The notes under the pieces were generated by a model, which did no database searches, had not been told where the DNA came from, and was given only the letters and a program-made list of their open reading frames with translations. The translations under genes were made by a program, and so were the position numbers. From Candidatus Woesearchaeota archaeon (lineage in GTDB: Archaea > Nanobdellota > Nanobdellia > Woesearchaeales > GW2011-AR4), in the NCBI GenBank assembly GCA_016188245.1, contig JACPIE010000040.1:64365-128364 (forward strand): a DNA stretch of 64,000 bases, read 5' to 3'. Numbering within the stretch: the first letter of the stretch is position 1; every line of letters starts with the position of its first letter. Shown piece after piece: positions 8,470 through 16,609 of the stretch.

Positions 8470-8792
8470 GATTTTCCCTCTAGAAGCCTAAGATCACTTT
8501 CAAGATCTTCTTTGGAATAGCCCGTCCAGTTTATATTATTCTCTTTTGCAATATCAAGCATTTCCCATAGCGAAAGCCCGCATTCTTCAGCAGCGCTGCC
8601 GATTGAAATTTTGTGCTGTCTCAATCTTTCAATAGAGTTTTGTATTTTCCAAGAGCTTACAGCTTTAGCTAACAGCCTTCTAATGGCTTCTGAGCGGTCT
8701 GCCTGCCAGTTTTTCTCAATTTCAGACAAATCCTTGACAAGTGAATTATCAAGCCTTACCGAAATAGTCGTTGTCATTGTATTCAATATCAT
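8466..8792 (-). CDS. UPF0175/RHH-type antitoxin-like protein
   Basis: N-terminal TISVRLDNSLVKDLSEIE...EAIRRLL is RHH-like. The C-terminal SIGSAAEECGLSLWEMLDIAKENNI is typical of UPF0175 partners of DUF3368 PIN proteins. Confidence 0.65.
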   Translation of the reverse strand: MILNTMTTTISVRLDNSLVKDLSEIEKNWQADRSEAIRRLLAKAVSSWKIQNSIERLRQHKISIGSAAEECGLSLWEMLDIAKENNINWTGYSKEDLESDLRLLEGKS

Positions 8793-8832
8793 ACAATGTA
8801 AACCACTATATAAAGCTTTACTTTTTATTATT

Positions 8833-8886
8833 TATCACTCCTTCATAGTAAATAACCAAAAGATTTATAAAGGGCAGAAACAATGG
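8833..8886 (+). promoter_or_regulatory. Recurrent promoter block, copy d
   Basis: TATCACTCCTTCATAGTAAATAACCAAAAGATTTATAAAGGGCAGAAACAATGG. TATA at 8864-8871, ATG at 8894. Confidence 0.75.
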
Positions 8887-8893
8887 TGTTTGC

Positions 8894-10078
8894 ATGCAAA
8901 GATTGGAAGATATGTTGAAGATGGCACTGCCTGTTGGTAGCTCTGGAAGTGAAACGGCTGGATTGCATGAAGCTTATCAAAATGGAATTACAAGAAGGGG
9001 TTTTCTTGGGGGAGGGATTGCTTCAGCAGCGTTAGTGGCAAGCGGATGCGCTACAACTAAAAATACTCCACATTCTTCAATTGATGATAGAACTATACAG
9101 ACTGCTAGATCGAATAGCATAGATTCAGTACAGGACCCTTTTGTCAGGGATGTTGCGATGTACTTTGATGCCAAATTTAGGACAGGAGACGCTGCTGTTA
9201 AGGAACAAGCTGAACGAAAGTTGACGCGACAAGGAGTTGTAAAAAGAGATTTGGTATTCCCGGAAAACATTAACAGATTATTAATACCTAAAGGTGTATT
9301 TCTAACATCATATACTGTATGGCAGGGCCCTAATCAATATATTGAAACAGCTGCAATTTATAGAATAGCCAAAAAAGATTTTTTTAACGGGTTTTTTCAT
9401 AATGGAAAATGGAGCAACAGATTTTCCGGTTTTCAATTGGAAGGTTATGACCGATATTTGTTTGGTCCGCAAATCTTTGCAACGCATAAAATGCCTGCCA
9501 GATCGGTATATTATACGATTAGGCACCCAGATGGCAAAGCTGAGCGTGTCATTGGAATCCAGCAAGATGCTATACAGAGAGCTTACTCCAGATTTGGCCC
9601 AAAGATAGTGGCAGAAGTGATCCAAGATGTATCAATGGAGGAAGCCGCCCATCTTTTGTTTAGAAAACCGTATAAGTATCCAACAATGTTGGTTGGATTA
9701 GGCGCCTATAGGGTTGATGGCGATATTGATTTAAAGAGTCCAAAAGATGTTGCAGCCAAATTAGCGACGATGGAGTTAACCAAAAATCCGCTTGTAGGTA
9801 TTTATCTTGACCTAATCAGTTTTGTGAATGTAGATGGCAAAAAAGTGCCAAGGGCGCAGGCAACATACGACCCCGGAAATCAGGTTGTTCACCACAATGG
9901 TTTTCTTAGCATAGAAAATGGACTCAGGGAATTAAGTCCAAAGTTAAACAGACATAACGATAAGCTTGCAGCAAATCCGAGTGAATCATCTTATGAACAA
10001 TTGAATTATAGTTTGGCTCACCTGCTTCAAACTAAAGGCAGGGAAACTCTAATCGATTTTCCTTCCGCCGGTAGATAA
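8894..10078 (+). CDS. Tat-signal putative lipoprotein, paralog of 3563-4687 with a degenerate HExxH (EExxH)
   Basis: ITRRGFLGGGIASAALVASGCA is a Tat motif followed by a lipobox-like L-V-A-S-G-C. SMEEAAHLLFRKPY aligns with TMHEIGHSIFRTPY of the paralog. Confidence 0.7.
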   Translation: MQRLEDMLKMALPVGSSGSETAGLHEAYQNGITRRGFLGGGIASAALVASGCATTKNTPHSSIDDRTIQTARSNSIDSVQDPFVRDVAMYFDAKFRTGDAAVKEQAERKLTRQGVVKRDLVFPENINRLLIPKGVFLTSYTVWQGPNQYIETAAIYRIAKKDFFNGFFHNGKWSNRFSGFQLEGYDRYLFGPQIFATHKMPARSVYYTIRHPDGKAERVIGIQQDAIQRAYSRFGPKIVAEVIQDVSMEEAAHLLFRKPYKYPTMLVGLGAYRVDGDIDLKSPKDVAAKLATMELTKNPLVGIYLDLISFVNVDGKKVPRAQATYDPGNQVVHHNGFLSIENGLRELSPKLNRHNDKLAANPSESSYEQLNYSLAHLLQTKGRETLIDFPSAGR

Positions 10079-10116
10079 GTTTTATCTTTCTGCAGCTTTA
10101 TTTAGTAATTTTTTTC

Positions 10117-10247
10117 CGAAAAGCTTATTAATGACTGGTTGCAGTTTTCATTAAAAGAACGGTATTTTTAAATATGTCAAAAAAAGAGGCAGTGTTAGTA
10201 ATAATCCTAGTTATAATTGCCCTACTTGCAAATGTCTCTTATGCTGC
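10117..10247 (+). repeat. Segmental duplicate (copy B): promoter plus signal-peptide region of the giant gene
   Basis: See 4767-4967. CGAAAAGCTTATTAA is a BRE/TATA-like element, and TTTTTAAATATG lies just before the start. Confidence 0.85.
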
Positions 10248-13200
10248 CCAGCAGCAAAAGGGATTTTGGGCTAAAGTGAAAGAGGCAATAAACAGCCTTC
10301 TCTACTGGAGTCCAGAGGACTTGGCTTCCATTTATGCAGATGCATTAAAGACTAATGCAAAGGCAGTTAAAGATGAGAATGGGAATATTATCTTAGTGAT
10401 TGTTGAAGTAGATGGGGGAGTAATCAGAGTAACCAAGTTATCAGATATTCTAAAAACCGCTGACCAACTTCCAACTCCTGAAGAAAAAGCATCATATTTA
10501 AGAGAACTAGTCATAGCCAATGGCGGCCAAAATATTGTGGAAAGGGCAGAGTGGATAGATATAACAAAGCCTGATGTTAGCCAAGTAGCAAAAGATTTTT
10601 TTCCAGGGGTCGTGGAAAAAGTTGCAAAAGAAGAAGCAGAAAAGAATAGAGAACAGGATGCATATGTTCAGCAGCAAAAGCTTCAAGCTGCAGTTAACTT
10701 AATGAGTGACCAGGAAAAATTAGCCAAATCTTTTGAATTGTTAGAAGCTACTGAATCATTGGGTTCAGCACAGGTTTCTTATTCTGGAAACACGAGAACA
10801 ATCTCTTTTGAAGATGGAAACCAATTATCATATGTATGGAATGGCGAGGAATGGGTGCCGGAAAGTTACGAAGAGGGGGCTATTCCAGTCATTGAAGAAG
10901 AAAGTGGTGTAGTTAAAGAACCGCCTAAGTTCTTTTCTAATAAACCTAACTTTAAGCTTGTAACTGATCAATCAAATGTAAAAATTTGGCAGGAAAAAAA
11001 TATATTCATAAAGGTTATTGGAGAGGGAGCTATAAATATCGAATCTTCTGGAATGGACATTTCCAAAGCTCTTAAACTTATAGCCCTCGGAGTTCATATT
11101 GAAATTAGCAGCAACGCCCGTGGCAGTGCATTCAGGATTACTGCTGAAAAAGGTACAATTTCAGTAAGTGCCAGTGATGGAAAGGCAATCGAATTTACCG
11201 ATGTTAAAAGCATTGAGCTGTCTGAACCAAAAAATACAGTATACAACACAGAGGAAGGAATTATTCATAATGGACCGATAGTGCAAACAATAACTGTCAG
11301 AGGGAAACAAACCCAGAATATTGTTGAAACATTTGTAATTGGTGTGGCAACTATCCCTAATTTAGCTACACATGTCTTAATTAAACAGGTTAGTGCAGTG
11401 CATAGTCCTGAAATAACGGCTAGCGGAGGCGGTTTGTCTTATGATTTTGCACCTAAACAAGATGAAAAGATTACAGCAACTTTTAACGGAGAAAACCCAA
11501 TGGCTTATGAGCCTGTGAATTTAGAACATCCCTTTGAATCCTTATCCAGTTTGCAGTTTGGACCTGCTGAAATTGAAACAAAAAGAGGCAATACACTAGA
11601 AAAGCTCATAAGCAACAGTGAAAGATTTATGCTAACAAAAAGTGAAACTCAACCGAATGGAGAAAAAATAAATGATGTTTTAATTGATTTAAACCGGCCA
11701 CAAATTTTAGGAATTAGTAAGTTTACACATGAAACAACAGGTAAAGAAATGATTGCCGTCACAGTTCTGGGTGTGAATACGGCAGGGAGCCTTGAAACTA
11801 ATGTAGTGGCAATGGTAGATGATGGGAACAGCTTCAGAATGATAGATGCAATCAGCAGCAGAGGCGGAAATAGGGAGATTACCGGCGACCCGAGGTTCAA
11901 TGTTTGGGCTCCTAATGTAGAGGCATTTGATGATGGCTCGATGTTTCAAATCGTAGGAACCTCACCAACTCACTATCTGTCACAAAGGATGATGTCAATC
12001 GGTCCCAAGAGCGGATTAACAGCCAATGAATTTAGGGCAATGAGCCCATCTGCATTGGTGGAAAAGCTCCTAATCAACCCAAATCTTGGTGGAGGAATCG
12101 CTACCCCGAGTAGAAGCCAATTTCAAATGAACAATGGAGAACTATTTATCAAGTCTAATAACAACAATCAAATAAAATTAAATAATATTGAAGTTGAGTC
12201 TATTGAAGTAACCCCTCCCTATGTTAGTTTTGAAAGAGGTGCAGCTAGTCCAGGTCGGACTCTTGTTAAGGGAACAGGAGACCGAATATCTGATGGTAAA
12301 AAAGTTGAGTTTCAATTTTGGGTGGAAGATTACGGGTACCCGCCTGTAGAACCAACAATTCAAATCAATTATGTAAGAGAAAAAAAAATAGAGCTTGCTC
12401 CTGAAATTACCACAGTAATTGAACAAGAGCCAATATCCACAGAGTCTAACCCTTTCTCCATCTTCATTCCTCTGCCAACATACTACCCAGCAATTGACTT
12501 TCCAACTCGGCAGCCTCAGCCTAGGATTTGCGGCGATGGAATATTAAATGTTCCGGAGCAATGCGAAAGCCCGAACACAAATGACAATCCTTTCTGCGTC
12601 AACAACCCTATCCTGATGTGCTTAAACAGGAAAACTGCGATAAGAGATGCGTATGGGAAATGCAATTCGGGATGCAGCTGCCAATATGACAGCCCTGCAA
12701 GCGTGTCGTGCATCAAGGGATTGTGCGGGGCAAACTGCTCAAATAACAATGATTGTGCAACTGGCACGCTTTGCAGCAGAACATCGTGCTTATGCATTGC
12801 CCCTCCCCTTAATGGGCTATGCGGCGATGGAATCATCCAGTCTCCAAACAATGACAGCATACATGAAGAATGCGATGGGGATGCTGATGAAATATTGAAT
12901 GATACTGGATTCTGCAAAATTGTAAGGAAATGTGTTGACTGCAAATGGCAGCCCCTTTTAGATTCTTCTGATTCTCAGTTTGAATTATGTGATGGAATAG
13001 ACAACAACTGCAATAGTTTAATAGATGAAAACATCCAGATAACCCCGTCACAAAATGAAGAAGGCTATTGCAATAGCCAAGTTGGAGTCTGCTACAACTC
13101 AAAGAAGAGATGCGGCGGATTGTCTGGATTTGCAGAATGCTCAACTCAAGACTATAACTACACAGGACAATATGAGCAGGTAGAGGCATTGTGCGACAAT

Positions 13201-16200
13201 CTCGATAATGACTGTGATGGCTCGATTGATGAAGGCTGTCCATGTGTCATAAATTCAACAAAATCATGCGGGCAAAGCAATTTTGGAGTTTGCAAGCTGG
13301 GAGTCCAAAATTGCACTGAGCAGGGAGTCTGGGGACTGTGCCAGGGCGCCATTTACTCTGAATCAAACAAGGAAGCAGTGTGCAACAGCATTGATGATGA
13401 CTGTGACGGAATTATTGATGAAAATTTGAAGAACAGGTGCGGCGAATGCGGGCAGCTGCCTGAAGAGGTTTGCGACTATATAGATAATGACTGCGATGCG
13501 GAAATGCAAAGCCCGACAACAAAGTGCACGCAGGAATGCGTTGGAATGTGGATGCTTCAAGGTGCAAAATGCATATTCAATGAATGCGGCAGCGGGTGCG
13601 GCCCTGATAACGTTGATACTTTCAAAACTGAAGTAGAGTGCAAGATTAAATCTATGGATAGTGAAAGAATTTGCCCGCAGCGATGCGTTGGAATGTGGAT
13701 GCTTCAAGGTGCAAAATGCATATTCAATGAATGCGGCAGCGGGTGCGGCCCTGATAACGTTGATACTTTCAAAACTGAAGTAGAGTGCAGCAAGACTGCA
13801 GGGCAATTCTCCCTAAAATCAGATAAAATAACATTTGATAAAGACCAAAATTTAACTGTAACATGGAACAATCCCGGCACTGCAAATTGCGTTGATTCCC
13901 AGATATGCGAACAAAGCAATGCAGAAGCGGGTAAAAATCCAGGGTGCGGCAATGGGCAATGCATGGAATATTTGCATACTGTTACTACAACAATACCGGG
14001 CATCTGCCGCATTGTTGACGAAGGGGGGCAGGTATCCTGCGATCCCGATGGGGTTTCTGAAACTTCTACTTCATACCCTGAAAGCTGCCAGGTATGCCCC
14101 CAAGACTGCGGCCAATGCGCCCCAAAATGCACCAACACTACAACATGCGCTCCTTCAACACCGAACTACTATGATTTTATTACATTTGTGCCTTTGGGGC
14201 AGTCAAGCTATGACGGCTTTCCAATTGAATATGTAAAAGGGGCAAAAGCAGGCACAGGCAGCATTAAAGTACCTCCTGTTCCCGGCAAGTATGAGCTGGT
14301 TTATGTTGACTATTCAACCAAAAACATTATTGCCAAAGGCTCTGCTATCACCGTTAATCCGCCAAAAGATGCTGTATGCGCGGCAGATTCAAAACAATGT
14401 CCTGACGGCAGCTCAGTTGGAAGAGACCCAGCTAACAACTGCAACTTTTATCAATGCAAAAAATCAATATTAAATGCTGATTTTGCCAATCCTTGCCCTT
14501 TCGGCACAATCTGCAAGGGAGTTTACGCTGACGGCATTGACAGCAACGCAAACGGAATTATTGATGAGGGGATAGATGAAGACGTCAAGACCAATCCCTC
14601 CGGAAACTATACAAACTGGTGCGATGCAAATGCATGCACAAAGATAAAGAGGACATGCTCCAAAGTGTTGGAAGATGAATTCAAAAAAATATACAGGAAA
14701 AAAGACAAGTCAAAGCTGGAAGAATACATAAAAGGAAGCGAATATTTCTCATGCCCTCCTGATGATAGCGATGCAGTTTGCTGCGAAAATCCAAATTCAT
14801 GCGTCTACAACGGGAAGTGCTATGCCAATGGCAGCATTGAAGACATTGGCAACGACGGAATAATGGACATGTGTGTAGTAGAAAGCCCAGGAACATGGGT
14901 TGTCAATTACGAAACCAACTGCATAGACGGAATAACCAATGACGCAGATCCTTTGATAGACTGCCAAGACCCTGATTGCGATGGGTTGCCGGGCCAAAAT
15001 GGGGCAATATGCTGCCATTCTGCAAATGACTGCCCGCAGGACGACTGCGTTGCGGAAAGCTGCGCGAATAATGAATGCGCGCTCACAAGCAGAAATTTAT
15101 GCGATTCGGCCGAATGCCCCCAAAATTCATTCTGCAATGCAACAGCAGGAGACTGCAAAGCAGCGGATGAAAGCAGCAGCGTGTGCTTAAATTGTGTTGC
15201 AGACTCAACTTTAATGTCATGGAACTCCACATCCCATATTGACGCCGGCAAGGAGTATTCAAGCAATCTAAATGTGTTCAACTCATTGTTTAATTCAGAT
15301 GCGCTTTCCTGCCCGCCTTCAAGCTGCTCCAAATCAAACTGCAGCTGCTTTGATTCGTCAAACAGCATTGCAAATCACAATGCTGCAATATCTGGAGGGA
15401 ACTGCTGCGGAGACGATCCAAATGAATATTTCAAGAAAGACTATTTTGGAGGAGAATGCGCAAATAATGCAAGCGATTGTGTTTGGCCAACTGGAGACTC
15501 GCAAAAAAGCAACACAGGAAATGCTGAATGGTGGTGCTACCTTCATGAATGGTCCCAATGCGATAACAGCTCGATCGGCAGCAAAGCCGGAGCTGTAACC
15601 TGCGCCGGAATTTCTGGAAACAACAGATGGATGTTAAATCCTGCTCCTGAAAGCCAATACTCATGCAATGACTTAAAAGACAATGATGGAGACGGGGCAG
15701 CGGATTGCGAGGATAGCGACTGCTACAGCGCGCTTCAGGGGAAAGTGACAGATGGGTCAAACTCCCCAATCAACGGGGCGTCTGTGATTGTCAGGAAAGG
15801 CAGCAGCCAAATTGCATCCTTGACGACAAATTCCCAGGGAGATTATAACGCAAGCTCATTATCATGCGGAAACTATCAGGTGTCTGCTTCGCATTATGAA
15901 TATTCAACACAATCCAGGTTTTTCACGGTCAATGCATTGCAGCAGTATAACATAGACATTGTTTTGGGAGCTGAAAACTCATGCGAAGCTGACTGCACCC
16001 TGGCATATGACGAGACGATACATGCTTCCTGCGCAAACATAAACGGCTGCACCTTTTATGACGACAAAGCAAAGGAAATATGCGATTTTGCAAAGCCGGG
16101 CTGGGTCAGGGATTATAATGAAACACACTACATTGCTTGCGCTTCAGGCTCTCCTGAAGCCAAGATTGAGTTAAAAGCAAGCATAAGCTGCGCATCAGGA

Positions 16201-16275
16201 ACCCTTGTCAAGATTACAAGAATCGTGCTTTACAACGGCGAGCCTGTCAAGCTTGTTGTGGCAGCATGCGGCTAG
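10174..16275 (+). CDS. Giant (2033 aa) secreted Cys-rich surface protein with MopE-like CxxxD(N/D)DCDGxxDE motifs and a C-terminal CarboxypepD_reg-like domain
   Basis: Signal peptide MSKKEAVLVIILVIIALLANVSYAA. Motifs CDGIDNNCNSLIDE, CDNLDNDCDGSIDEGC, CNSIDDDCDGIIDE, CDYIDNDCD and CNDLKDNDGDGAADCEDSDC. GKVTDGSNSPINGASVIVRKG...TNSQGDY is a regulatory-like beta-sandwich. Very high Cys content after about residue 780. Confidence 0.85.
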   Translation: MSKKEAVLVIILVIIALLANVSYAAQQQKGFWAKVKEAINSLLYWSPEDLASIYADALKTNAKAVKDENGNIILVIVEVDGGVIRVTKLSDILKTADQLPTPEEKASYLRELVIANGGQNIVERAEWIDITKPDVSQVAKDFFPGVVEKVAKEEAEKNREQDAYVQQQKLQAAVNLMSDQEKLAKSFELLEATESLGSAQVSYSGNTRTISFEDGNQLSYVWNGEEWVPESYEEGAIPVIEEESGVVKEPPKFFSNKPNFKLVTDQSNVKIWQEKNIFIKVIGEGAINIESSGMDISKALKLIALGVHIEISSNARGSAFRITAEKGTISVSASDGKAIEFTDVKSIELSEPKNTVYNTEEGIIHNGPIVQTITVRGKQTQNIVETFVIGVATIPNLATHVLIKQVSAVHSPEITASGGGLSYDFAPKQDEKITATFNGENPMAYEPVNLEHPFESLSSLQFGPAEIETKRGNTLEKLISNSERFMLTKSETQPNGEKINDVLIDLNRPQILGISKFTHETTGKEMIAVTVLGVNTAGSLETNVVAMVDDGNSFRMIDAISSRGGNREITGDPRFNVWAPNVEAFDDGSMFQIVGTSPTHYLSQRMMSIGPKSGLTANEFRAMSPSALVEKLLINPNLGGGIATPSRSQFQMNNGELFIKSNNNNQIKLNNIEVESIEVTPPYVSFERGAASPGRTLVKGTGDRISDGKKVEFQFWVEDYGYPPVEPTIQINYVREKKIELAPEITTVIEQEPISTESNPFSIFIPLPTYYPAIDFPTRQPQPRICGDGILNVPEQCESPNTNDNPFCVNNPILMCLNRKTAIRDAYGKCNSGCSCQYDSPASVSCIKGLCGANCSNNNDCATGTLCSRTSCLCIAPPLNGLCGDGIIQSPNNDSIHEECDGDADEILNDTGFCKIVRKCVDCKWQPLLDSSDSQFELCDGIDNNCNSLIDENIQITPSQNEEGYCNSQVGVCYNSKKRCGGLSGFAECSTQDYNYTGQYEQVEALCDNLDNDCDGSIDEGCPCVINSTKSCGQSNFGVCKLGVQNCTEQGVWGLCQGAIYSESNKEAVCNSIDDDCDGIIDENLKNRCGECGQLPEEVCDYIDNDCDAEMQSPTTKCTQECVGMWMLQGAKCIFNECGSGCGPDNVDTFKTEVECKIKSMDSERICPQRCVGMWMLQGAKCIFNECGSGCGPDNVDTFKTEVECSKTAGQFSLKSDKITFDKDQNLTVTWNNPGTANCVDSQICEQSNAEAGKNPGCGNGQCMEYLHTVTTTIPGICRIVDEGGQVSCDPDGVSETSTSYPESCQVCPQDCGQCAPKCTNTTTCAPSTPNYYDFITFVPLGQSSYDGFPIEYVKGAKAGTGSIKVPPVPGKYELVYVDYSTKNIIAKGSAITVNPPKDAVCAADSKQCPDGSSVGRDPANNCNFYQCKKSILNADFANPCPFGTICKGVYADGIDSNANGIIDEGIDEDVKTNPSGNYTNWCDANACTKIKRTCSKVLEDEFKKIYRKKDKSKLEEYIKGSEYFSCPPDDSDAVCCENPNSCVYNGKCYANGSIEDIGNDGIMDMCVVESPGTWVVNYETNCIDGITNDADPLIDCQDPDCDGLPGQNGAICCHSANDCPQDDCVAESCANNECALTSRNLCDSAECPQNSFCNATAGDCKAADESSSVCLNCVADSTLMSWNSTSHIDAGKEYSSNLNVFNSLFNSDALSCPPSSCSKSNCSCFDSSNSIANHNAAISGGNCCGDDPNEYFKKDYFGGECANNASDCVWPTGDSQKSNTGNAEWWCYLHEWSQCDNSSIGSKAGAVTCAGISGNNRWMLNPAPESQYSCNDLKDNDGDGAADCEDSDCYSALQGKVTDGSNSPINGASVIVRKGSSQIASLTTNSQGDYNASSLSCGNYQVSASHYEYSTQSRFFTVNALQQYNIDIVLGAENSCEADCTLAYDETIHASCANINGCTFYDDKAKEICDFAKPGWVRDYNETHYIACASGSPEAKIELKASISCASGTLVKITRIVLYNGEPVKLVVAACG
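13536..13789 (+). repeat. Perfect 107-bp direct repeat (13536-13642 and 13683-13789; 147-bp period) inside the giant gene
   Basis: Letter-by-letter comparison shows identical copies, each encoding CVGMWMLQGAKCIFNECGSGCGPDNVDTFKTEVEC. Confidence 0.9.
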
Positions 16276-16276
16276 A

Positions 16277-16609
16277 ATGAAAAAACAAGAACATGCAAAG
16301 AAAAAAAGGTGGAACTTTCATTTATTGGTTCCTGCACTTGTGCTTGCGGCAGTCTGGCTTGTGTTTTTCAGCATTGGCACATCAAAAAATGAAAAAGATA
16401 GTGATTATAGGGGCGAAGCAATCCAAATGGGCAAAATTGACGAGAATATTTTGAATGGGATTAAGGACATGGAATATAGCAAGGTAAAGGAAACGCTCAA
16501 TGCAACGGGCGATTTCTGCCTTGTTGTTGTTGACGGCCAGAATTCGGTTTTGCTGGAAAAGCATCCGGGCGGCAAAACTCAGGCTGAATTGTGCGATGGA
16601 ATGGTTTGA
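16277..16609 (+). CDS. Small N-terminally anchored membrane protein (110 aa)
   Basis: ATG one nt after the giant-gene stop; its TGA abuts the next ATG. MKKQEHAKKKRWNFHLLVPALVLAAVWLVFF is a TM anchor. Confidence 0.6.
   Translation: MKKQEHAKKKRWNFHLLVPALVLAAVWLVFFSIGTSKNEKDSDYRGEAIQMGKIDENILNGIKDMEYSKVKETLNATGDFCLVVVDGQNSVLLEKHPGGKTQAELCDGMV

Noticed and set aside
13536-13789. The 107-bp repeat as a diversity-generating retroelement TR/VR pair (DGRs are common in DPANN)
   Set aside because: The copies are identical with no adenine-specific mismatches, both lie inside the same ORF, and no reverse transcriptase gene is in the window.
12516-13806. Long antisense ORFs (142, 136 and 147 aa) opposite the giant gene; likewise 28879-29523 (214 aa with a poly-Pro run) opposite the S8 protease
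   Set aside because: These are shadow ORFs of long, compositionally biased genes. The poly-Pro run is simply the complement of the poly-Gly codons, and the sense-strand products have clear domain signatures.
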